From the IMG/VR virus record IMGVR_UViG_3300015202_000001: DNA of 48,306 nucleotides; one strand, given 5' to 3'. Position 1 is the stretch's first letter. Each line of letters begins with the position of its first letter. The translations under genes were made by a program, and so were the position numbers. Positions 1 through 6,275 of the stretch are shown piece after piece. Under the pieces are notes generated by a model that was not told where the DNA came from, searched no databases, and saw only the letters and a program-made list of their open reading frames with translations. The DNA comes from a virus.

Positions 1-127
1 CCAGCGCGCATCGCGAAATTTATTGTCGTGTTAGTCATGTTCTTATCTCCCAAATGTGTGTTTTTGCTACTTCATCATTGTATCATGCGTTAGTCGAATT
101 CGTGCGTCAGCGTTTCGTTAGAAAAGC
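1..127. repeat. Terminal overlap, copy 1 (identical to 48180..48306)
   Basis: Read directly: ccagcgcgcatcgcgaaattt...cgtttcgttagaaaagc is present at both ends, 127/127 identical. Confidence 0.97.
77..85 (-). promoter_or_regulatory. Extended -10 promoter element TGaTACAAT (minus strand) upstream of the gene starting at 38/48217
   Basis: Reverse complement of attgtatca; about 40 nt upstream of the GGGAGA RBS and ATG; no good -35. Confidence 0.4.
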
Positions 128-135
128 ATGACGCT

Positions 136-151
136 CGTGCAATTATTCACA
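136..151. promoter_or_regulatory. Degenerate CRP/FNR-type box (TGTGA-ataatt-GCACG on minus strand)
   Basis: One perfect TGTGA half-site and 3/5 of the second half; centre about 73 bp upstream of the start predicted from the 77..85 element. Confidence 0.25.
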
Positions 152-369
152 ATCGGTGTTATCATGTCCAATCAAGTCACGCAGTGCCTGTTAAATGACT
201 TCATTGGTAGATTGTGCTACATCAGCATTCAATAAGCCTACAATCGCCTGTTTAAGGGCTTGCTGAAGATTGTACAACTGATTTTTGATTGGTGTGATTA
301 TTGATTCATAATCAGCTAGTTTCGATTATGAGTGTTTCATGAGAGAGTTTCTAATCTTGATATTGGGGG

Positions 370-397
370 TTGACAAATCCAAAATCTGTGGTATTTT
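370..397 (+). promoter_or_regulatory. Sigma70-like promoter TTGACA-N16-(TGg)TATTTT, antisense to the flanking minus-strand genes
   Basis: Perfect -35 hexamer, TG-extended weak -10; points into ORF-free DNA. Confidence 0.4.
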
Positions 398-404
398 TAA
401 TTCT

Positions 405-440
405 TATGTATATAGTATGTATGTATATTATATAATGTAT
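405..440. repeat. AT-rich TATGTAT-type element, copy A (related to 7639..7678)
   Basis: Shared core gtatatagtat plus gtat/tatata runs in both copies. Confidence 0.5.
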
Positions 441-474
441 CAGTTGATTAGTTAATCATTGAACCGTGCATAAA

Positions 475-509
475 GGTTTTGAGAGATGCGATAGCATCTC
501 GATAAAACC
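475..509 (+). ncRNA. Conserved bipartite hairpin, copy A (outer ggtttt/aaaacc, GA/GAT internal loop, inner gagatgc/gcatctc, loop gata)
   Basis: Inner 23 nt is 22/23 identical to 7265..7287; the outer 6-bp helix differs from copy B but stays complementary. Confidence 0.5.
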
Positions 510-551
510 ATATTGATAATCTAAAATTGAATATTTGTAATTAACAGATTG

Positions 552-584
552 GATAACGAATTCTGCGAAGCAGAATTCGTTATC
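552..584. other. Perfect 15-bp hairpin gataacgaattctgc / gcagaattcgttatc
   Basis: Inverted repeat read directly; no flanking U-tract on either strand. Confidence 0.7.
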
Positions 585-624
585 AGTTTGATTAGACTAA
601 AACTGTTAATTGATAGTTTATGAT

Positions 625-652
625 TCGTGCTTACGCCTTCGGCGTGTTTACG
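625..652. repeat. Conserved 28-nt hairpin motif tcgtgNttacgccttcggcgtgNNtacg, copy A
   Basis: 25/28 identical to 7522..7549; core acgcc-ttc-ggcgt stem-loop. Confidence 0.55.
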
Positions 653-784
653 AATTGGCTAACAGTAGATTATTCCGTTCGGACAAGAAGGGTTGCACTC
701 TCACAGTTATTCGTTTACGTTACGTTCTGCGAACGAATTAGCAGCGGGGATTATTTTTTTTATCAATTGTTTTTTGGTTCATCC

Positions 785-802
785 GAAACGCTGACGCGTT
801 TC
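785..802. other. Hairpin gaaacgc-tgac-gcgtttc
   Basis: Its complement gcgtcagcgtttc recurs at 104..116; variant gaagcgc-gtca-gcgcttc at 7339..7356 has a compensatory A-T to G-C change. Confidence 0.5.
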
Positions 803-864
803 GTCTGCCCCTTTTTCACACAATTTGCGTTTGGTTATTTTAACTGAAATATTGGTTTATTTAT

Positions 865-1014
865 TTAATCAACCATAAACTGCATCAAATGATCCAACAG
901 ATAATCTAATTCGAGAAAACGATTGTCAAATCCATCACAATTATCACATTCGGCTAAACCAGACGAGTTGCAATAATAGCACGGGATTAGTTTAGAATTA
1001 GGTAAATAAAGCAT
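865..1014 (-). CDS. Small (49 aa) zinc-ribbon-like protein, missed by the 60-aa ORF cutoff
   Basis: AGGAGG 10 nt upstream of ATG; MLYLPNSKLIPCYYCNSSGLAECDNCDGF... has CxxC-N7-CxxC. Confidence 0.6.
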   Translation of the reverse strand: MLYLPNSKLIPCYYCNSSGLAECDNCDGFDNRFLELDYLLDHLMQFMVD

Positions 1015-1064
1015 TAATATCAATCCTCCTAGTTATCAAAAATATTCTGCTATTTATCATTTTG

Positions 1065-1093
1065 GGATAATTCCGACAATGTCGGAATTATCC
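1065..1093. other. Perfect 13-bp hairpin ggataattccgac / gtcggaattatcc just downstream of the 1105..1581 gene
   Basis: Inverted repeat, 3-nt loop; contains TTATCCAGA (8/9 match to a DnaA box); no U-tract. Confidence 0.6.
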
Positions 1094-1104
1094 AGATTAG
1101 TTAA

Positions 1105-1581
1105 TTACCAATCTACACTGTCGTTAAGTGCATTCACCCAATATTTGCTTATAAACCAGTCATACTTACGACCAATTTTAACGATGTATTTGGACACTTC
1201 CATCTTATGCTTTGCCAGAAACATTTTGACAATCATATCATAAATAATCGTTTCGTGGTTTTGATATTTTGTATCGAATTCGGTTGAAATTTGCAACGCA
1301 ATCAATAAATGCTGCATCGTATCCTTGACCAAGTAATCAAAAGCAAAATCAATTCGATTAATATCGAAATCTGACAATTCGCGAATTAACTCGAAAGTTT
1401 TTTGCCAAGCCAAGAATTCAATACCGTGCTGCTTGTGAATATACACAATTTTTTCAACCTCAATTTCAACTTCAACAATACGAACTTTTTGATTATCTTT
1501 GCGTTTATTGTTACGGTTCTTTTTATCAAATAAATCGTCATCTTGATTTTCCAACATCCACTTATCGTAATTCACGAGCAT
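1105..1581 (-). CDS. Hypothetical early protein
   Basis: ORF track; co-oriented, tightly spaced operon; no motif recognised. Confidence 0.7.
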   Translation of the reverse strand: MLVNYDKWMLENQDDDLFDKKNRNNKRKDNQKVRIVEVEIEVEKIVYIHKQHGIEFLAWQKTFELIRELSDFDINRIDFAFDYLVKDTMQHLLIALQISTEFDTKYQNHETIIYDMIVKMFLAKHKMEVSKYIVKIGRKYDWFISKYWVNALNDSVDW

Positions 1582-1596
1582 TTTACATTATCCTTA

Positions 1597-1986
1597 TTAA
1601 TAACGACGTTTGCACAAATCGCGCAAACTGTCAGGGTCATCTTCAAAAACTACCTTAAACAGTTCGAAACAAATTGTTTCTAACATATCCGTTAAATAAA
1701 CCATTTGTTCAATGTCATTCAACGGTTCAAATTGATTACACAATTTGCTACTTCCAGCGTCGTAATACATTGCTGCATTATTGTAGAACAAATCATAATC
1801 CAAAATTTCAGCACGTTTGTGTTTTGCTAAACGAACTGTTTGTTTTGCTAACTGTTTATTCAATCTGAATATGACATTTTTGTCATATTCTCGCATACGC
1901 TTAAACAACGAATTCCGGTAAAGACTAGCGTTAAGTTTTAACGCTAGTTTTGCTGCTTTTGGAATTAACTCACTTATGGTTGACAT
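1597..1986 (-). CDS. Hypothetical early protein (start moved to MSTISELI)
   Basis: Internal ATG at 1986 gives a 17-nt overlap with the upstream stop at 1970; the longer track ORF would overlap by 86 nt. Confidence 0.65.
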   Translation of the reverse strand: MSTISELIPKAAKLALKLNASLYRNSLFKRMREYDKNVIFRLNKQLAKQTVRLAKHKRAEILDYDLFYNNAAMYYDAGSSKLCNQFEPLNDIEQMVYLTDMLETICFELFKVVFEDDPDSLRDLCKRRY

Positions 1987-2620
1987 TATTCCGCGCCACA
2001 ATTTCAAACCAGTTATCAACTCGATAACTGTATTCCAAATCAATCGTATATCCACCGTTATTGCGAATATCCCACAATAACCTTGACCACACGTGTTTCA
2101 CTTGCGGGTTTGCAAGAGAGTTTTGATGTTCCACATTTTTTGCTACCCAACGCGCGATTTTTTCACGTTTCCAGTTTAATTTATCATTCATGTACGTAAT
2201 CGCGCCGTGCAAGCTCGTTTTTGCGTGCATTTGTAAACAATAAAAATCTTCAATATTTGTCATTTCAGTTTCATTTTTGACAACTTGCCAAATCTCATAA
2301 TGCTGCTCATTCCAAATACCCGTCACACCCTCATAAGCCGCGCCAATTGCACAACTTTCGCCGTTAAAGGTGCTTGAACCATTAAAATAATTCCCAAAAC
2401 ATTGGGGACGGATTTTGCTACCGCGTAACATTGCCTGTGAAGTTTTGATTTTACACCTTATATTTCTGAATTTTGCTACTGTAATTTGCCACTTGAAATT
2501 TGCTACCTCAAAATACCAACAAATTCTTTTGGTATTATTTGAATTTTCCCAACATACTTTGTTGTAAAATCTGTTGGGTTTGACCGCCACAATAATATCA
2601 CAAATTGCTGATAAATTCAA
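1970..2620 (-). CDS. Hypothetical early protein (TTG start abutting the upstream stop)
   Basis: ORF track; TGA-TTG junction at 2620/2621. Confidence 0.65.
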   Translation of the reverse strand: MNLSAICDIIVAVKPNRFYNKVCWENSNNTKRICWYFEVANFKWQITVAKFRNIRCKIKTSQAMLRGSKIRPQCFGNYFNGSSTFNGESCAIGAAYEGVTGIWNEQHYEIWQVVKNETEMTNIEDFYCLQMHAKTSLHGAITYMNDKLNWKREKIARWVAKNVEHQNSLANPQVKHVWSRLLWDIRNNGGYTIDLEYSYRVDNWFEIVARNNVNHK

Positions 2621-3004
2621 TCAAATTTCTTGATATTCGACTACGGTCAATTTGCCGTCGAATTCGTTTTGACCGTGATACCAAACAAAGTCTTTTTGTG
2701 AGATACCAATGTTCGTATAACGGTTGATTTTCGTTTTCGTGCTTAGTGTGAAATACCCAAAGTTGTTAACGGACGTTGTGTAAACGTATCCCGCTTCTAC
2801 TACCCACAATGCACGATACGTCACAATCGGATAATCGTGGTATGTGATTTTGAAAACCTCATCACAAATACGCACAAGTTTTGTTTCACGTCCGCACAGA
2901 TTGATAACATCAGATTTTTTGCCGACAAACATCTTTTCGGCGTCTGCAAAGCATTTAATCTTCGGTTCGTTACGTCGGTTGAATGACATTTTTTGTTTTT
3001 CCAA
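2621..3004 (-). CDS. Hypothetical early protein (start TTG 3004 or ATG 2989)
   Basis: ORF track. Confidence 0.65.
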   Translation of the reverse strand: MEKQKMSFNRRNEPKIKCFADAEKMFVGKKSDVINLCGRETKLVRICDEVFKITYHDYPIVTYRALWVVEAGYVYTTSVNNFGYFTLSTKTKINRYTNIGISQKDFVWYHGQNEFDGKLTVVEYQEI

Positions 3005-3062
3005 ACTTTCTTTTTTGTTGTTTTTCTGAATTGTTTATACAAATTATTTGTATATCCGCGCG

Positions 3063-3119
3063 CTATTAATGCCCCGTTTACACCACTATTAATGCCGGCT
3101 TTACACTACTATTACCACT
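3063..3119. repeat. Tandem 23-nt direct repeat CTATTAATGCCssSTTTACACyA, about 2.4 copies
   Basis: Units start at 3063, 3086 and 3109 (partial); intergenic. Confidence 0.7.
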
Positions 3120-3142
3120 GTACCTACCAGTTCGGTAGGTAC
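3120..3142. other. 9-bp hairpin gtacctacc / ggtaggtac
   Basis: Inverted repeat directly after the tandem repeat; a second palindrome lies at 3036..3054. Confidence 0.6.
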
Positions 3143-3158
3143 TAATAGCTCGTATCTA

Positions 3159-3461
3159 TTAATAATCACCTTCACCATATCGAAAATCGTTTTCCAGACT
3201 TTCGTAATAATCCTCATAATCACCTACATATTCCAAATCATATGCCATACTTTCGTAATAATCCTGATAATCTACCATAAATTTATCCGTTTTAATTGCG
3301 TCTATGCAATGCACATAATATGCGCTTAACTTTGCGCTTACTATCTTGTAACTCCCTAGTCTTAACTTTAACCAAAAAAACTTTTTCTGATAAAAGTTTG
3401 TCCCAAAACATTTAATTGCATATTGATGTTTCTTGTGTATTTTCAATTCGTTTTTGTACAT
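3159..3461 (-). CDS. Hypothetical protein with acidic Tyr-rich C-terminal repeats (DYYES x2)
   Basis: ORF track; C-terminus YQDYYESMAYDLEYVGDYEDYYESLENDFRYGEGDY. Confidence 0.65.
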   Translation of the reverse strand: MYKNELKIHKKHQYAIKCFGTNFYQKKFFWLKLRLGSYKIVSAKLSAYYVHCIDAIKTDKFMVDYQDYYESMAYDLEYVGDYEDYYESLENDFRYGEGDY

Positions 3462-3498
3462 TGTGATACTTTCCTTGTCATTCTTATTAGCTGAATGA

Positions 3499-3529
3499 TA
3501 ACCCGAACCGATAAAATCGGTTCGGGTTA
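3499..3529. other. Perfect 14-bp hairpin taacccgaaccgat / atcggttcgggtta
   Basis: Intergenic; the T-rich tail (cttttc) is on the plus strand only, antisense to the genes. Confidence 0.6.
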
Positions 3530-3599
3530 CTTTTCAATTAATAATAATTTGCTCAATCTAATTCTAAAAAATAAGTGTAAAATCTATTTTTTTGTTGGT

Positions 3600-4229
3600 T
3601 TATTCTTGTGCGTCTAACTGCGCTAATTGTGCAAGTTGCGCATTACTTAGACGCCCCTTACCTGACAACCCCAAACGGGATTTTTGGGACACCCGTTTGA
3701 CGCCGTATCCGTTCTTAGCGCGCGTTTTACGCGTGCTTGTTTTTTCGTTGTCAGTTTCCGGCAAAAATCCGTAATCGATAAGCGTACGGATTTTTGCACG
3801 ATTTTCAATTTGTCGTACGTATTTCTCACTCAATTCGTATGTGTCGCAAGTCATACCGTAAATCGCGTTTTGAGTGTTGTCAAGACGATTTTTGATTGCG
3901 TCAATTTTGTCTGCAGTGATTGCAGATTTTGACTTTTCGGCGCGTGCTGCCAATTCTTCACTCACAATTGCATTAACAACACTTTCAAAATCGTCATCAA
4001 GCAAAATATCCTTATGAAGATTAAACACGCCTTCATATTTTTCTTGCGCCAAAAACAATTTGTTAAGATCCAAAATCGATTGTCGGCTCATATCTTGCGA
4101 TTGCGCGTTTCGTTGTGCTTGCGCGATAAACGCGCGGTTCGCACACAACAGGTTACCGTAACGCACTGCGAGCGAAAAAGCGTCACTCTTAGAAATTTGG
4201 TCTAGAGTCATTATGTCACTTACTTTCAT
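3600..4229 (-). CDS. Hypothetical early protein
   Basis: ORF track; C-terminal AQLAQLAQL repeat. Confidence 0.7.
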   Translation of the reverse strand: MKVSDIMTLDQISKSDAFSLAVRYGNLLCANRAFIAQAQRNAQSQDMSRQSILDLNKLFLAQEKYEGVFNLHKDILLDDDFESVVNAIVSEELAARAEKSKSAITADKIDAIKNRLDNTQNAIYGMTCDTYELSEKYVRQIENRAKIRTLIDYGFLPETDNEKTSTRKTRAKNGYGVKRVSQKSRLGLSGKGRLSNAQLAQLAQLDAQE

Positions 4230-4304
4230 TTATTTTCATTTAGACAATTATTTGTCTACTAATGTTCACAAGTTTATTGCACGCATTAGTAGAAAAATAA
4301 TTCA

Positions 4305-4386
4305 GACACACACACAACGGATAAATATAAATCTAAGTTTCTAAATCTAAGTTTTTAATAATAATTTTTTGTTGTGTGTGTGTGTC
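4305..4386. repeat. (AC)n/(GT)n inverted repeat enclosing a tandem aaatctaagttt x2
   Basis: gacacacacacaac 4305..4318 pairs with gttgtgtgtgtgtgtc 4371..4386; 12-mers at 4329 and 4343. Confidence 0.7.
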
Positions 4387-4428
4387 AATGCACAACTTAT
4401 GCAAGAAAGTTGTGCCCTATCGTTTCAT

Positions 4429-4752
4429 TTACGCCGTTTGTTTTGTGAAACGGCTGAACAACTTGAAACGATTGTTTAATAAAGTTTCTAGCTGCTCCTT
4501 TATGGTCTTGTTTTCTTTTTCAATGTGGGCGGAATATTCCGCCCACTGCTTATTGTCTTCCAATAGTTGCGCGTTTTGTGCGCGCAAATTTAGCAGTTCT
4601 TCTTCCATCGATTGCGCTTGCGCCAATTCCGCAAGTGTCAGTTCAATCATAATTGTTCTCTCGTTAGAGAACAATTTATTGTCGGCGTTTTTCTGTTTGT
4701 TGTTTTGATACATTTTTGACATACTTTCTATGAGTTTTGTTTTTTGTGACAA
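4429..4752 (-). CDS. Hypothetical coiled-coil protein
   Basis: ORF track; heptad-like Leu/Glu/Gln-rich sequence. Confidence 0.65.
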   Translation of the reverse strand: MSQKTKLIESMSKMYQNNKQKNADNKLFSNERTIMIELTLAELAQAQSMEEELLNLRAQNAQLLEDNKQWAEYSAHIEKENKTIKEQLETLLNNRFKLFSRFTKQTA

Positions 4753-4754
4753 TT

Positions 4755-5189
4755 TTATTCACTATCCCACATACTCGTAATACCATTGAGACGCGCAAAA
4801 CGCGCGTTTTCAATGTCGCCAATTTCTTGGCACAATTCGTTGCAAATTTTCCAATTGTCTGATATGAACACGATTTTACGTGTTTTGTAATATTTATCAG
4901 TTTGCGCGTCATGCAAACTGATAATGTTTCCAAACGTATAATACATCCCTAGTGAGGATGTATCCTCCAGATAAACGGCGTAAACTTTCGGTACTTCCAA
5001 TGAGCGGCAATACAAGTTGTAACAACGGAACGCCCCTAATGCGGCGTCACTAATGTTATCGTGCATCTCAATTATTCTTTGGTTTGGCTTAACGTCACCG
5101 ATTAAGCAATACTGAAACTTTGGCATACCATTAACATGTTTTTCGGTTACCGCGTAAACTTCTTTGTTGTCTTCGTTTTTGTTTTGCAC
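4755..5189 (-). CDS. Hypothetical early protein (GTG start, AGGA RBS)
   Basis: ORF track; gaggataaaaaatcGTG. Confidence 0.7.
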   Translation of the reverse strand: MQNKNEDNKEVYAVTEKHVNGMPKFQYCLIGDVKPNQRIIEMHDNISDAALGAFRCYNLYCRSLEVPKVYAVYLEDTSSLGMYYTFGNIISLHDAQTDKYYKTRKIVFISDNWKICNELCQEIGDIENARFARLNGITSMWDSE

Positions 5190-5212
5190 GATTTTTTATC
5201 CTCATTGTTTCA

Positions 5213-5454
5213 AGCAATCCGCTTGAATTAAATCACAAAACATTGTGATTTAATTCAAATTGATTGCTCACTGCATAATCTTTGCTATCAGTTATGCAGT
5301 GAGGGTTACTTATTCAATTTGTAATGTGCGTAAGCGTCTAATCCGCTTATAAGTGTGTCAAATACGTCACTGGACACACTTATAAATTGATTAGTGAGGG
5401 ATTGTGCGCTAATGGCGCACAATCCCTACAATGACCGTTATTTTCCGGTCATTG
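5213..5454. other. Battery of five consecutive long hairpins in one intergenic gap
   Basis: Stems at 5224..5257 (15 bp), 5267..5303 (12 bp), 5347..5385 (13 bp), 5397..5427 (13 bp) and about 5429..5454 (8-9 bp); none has a U-tract. Confidence 0.75.
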
Positions 5455-5695
5455 CCCGCAAGTATTTCTCTACCGCCGTTGTAAATGCAACGGCGGGATT
5501 CCTGTGCGTGTGCACATACTGACTGTTAATTCCAACCCGATATTCCCCCTTTACGAAAGTGACCCTAAAGTCAGGTTCAAACTTATTTTCCCCCCGTTTT
5601 ATCAGGATTTTATCACCCTGTGCATTTCCTTGGTTCTTAAGCGCGGCATCGATCACTTTGTTCATGACGGCGTTATTGGTTTGAAAACTTGACAT
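5438..5695 (-). CDS. First gene of the leftward arm, hypothetical 85 aa
   Basis: ORF track; directly downstream of a consensus promoter. Confidence 0.7.
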   Translation of the reverse strand: MSSFQTNNAVMNKVIDAALKNQGNAQGDKILIKRGENKFEPDFRVTFVKGEYRVGINSQYVHTHRNPAVAFTTAVEKYLRAMTGK

Positions 5696-5738
5696 GGTGA
5701 GGTCTCTCTCTCTCTTTTTTCACTTGCCTATGAAGACA

Positions 5739-5767
5739 ATTATACGCCCTAACACTTCTAATGTCAA
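5739..5767 (-). promoter_or_regulatory. Consensus sigma70 promoter TTGACA-N17-TATAAT (leftward)
   Basis: Reverse complement reads TTGACAttagaagtgttagggcgTATAAT; 12/12 match to consensus hexamers, 17-nt spacer. Confidence 0.8.
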
Positions 5768-5789
5768 GCGTTATTCTCGATTAGCTTTA

Positions 5790-5805
5790 TGTGATACCTA
5801 TCACA
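5790..5805. promoter_or_regulatory. Perfect TGTGA-N6-TCACA palindrome (CRP/FNR-type box or operator)
   Basis: TGTGAtacctaTCACA lies between divergent promoters, about 60-65 bp from each predicted start. Confidence 0.55.
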
Positions 5806-5821
5806 TCCGTTTAGTTTAATA

Positions 5822-5850
5822 TTGACGCCGTAAATACTCGTTTCGATAAT
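5822..5850 (+). promoter_or_regulatory. Sigma70-like promoter TTGACG-N17-GATAAT (rightward, into ORF-free DNA)
   Basis: Hexamers and 17-nt spacer read directly. Confidence 0.5.
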
Positions 5851-5994
5851 TATAACGATATTATGCGTTTTAGTAAGTTTTTACGTTGTTTTTTGTATTT
5901 GTACTATTTTTCACAATTAAAATCATAATTCTGCCCTCTTGCACGCTTGTGTCTCGTGATTGTACGTATCCAAAACGCCAGAAACCCACTAAAC

Positions 5995-6070
5995 AGGTCA
6001 TTCAAGCGGCGTCACATGTCATACTGCAATACTTGTATTGGCTTGTCTCTGGATAAGCCTAGAATGACCT
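5995..6070 (+). ncRNA. 76-nt element closed by a 9-bp helix (aggtcattc / gaatgacct) with internal small hairpins
   Basis: Inverted repeat 5995..6003 / 6062..6070; inner ggctt/aagcc stem at 6040..6059; about 140 nt downstream of the 5822 promoter. Confidence 0.3.
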
Positions 6071-6106
6071 TATTTGATGTGTTTGTTTTTACACTCTCTT
6101 TTATTT

Positions 6107-6130
6107 AGTAACTAACTTTTAGTAAGCAAT
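6107..6130. repeat. 24-nt direct repeat AGTAACTAACwTTwAGTAAGCrAT, copy 1
   Basis: 21/24 identical to 6217..6240, exactly 110 bp apart. Confidence 0.7.
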
Positions 6131-6216
6131 CGTTACAAAAATGACGAATTCGTATCCAAAATACTGTTTTCCTGATACATGTCTCCCAGGTAACGCGTTT
6201 TTGCTTTTCGTTCGTA

Positions 6217-6240
6217 AGTAACTAACATTAAGTAAGCGAT
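6217..6240. repeat. 24-nt direct repeat, copy 2
   Basis: See 6107..6130. Confidence 0.7.
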
Positions 6241-6259
6241 TATTGAGTGATACATATTG

Positions 6260-6275
6260 TGTGATACCTATCACG
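6260..6275. promoter_or_regulatory. TGTGA-taccta-TCACg box, second copy of the 5790 site
   Basis: 15/16 identical to 5790..5805. Confidence 0.45.

Noticed and set aside
1-127. Interpreting the end duplication as a physical direct terminal repeat
   Set aside because: The exact 127-bp length matches an assembler k-mer overlap, and the repeat boundary falls inside a gene region rather than at a plausible packaging site.
620-847. 75-aa plus-strand ORF in non-coding block A
   Set aside because: It is composed almost entirely of the hairpin elements, has odd composition and no RBS, and is more parsimoniously non-coding.
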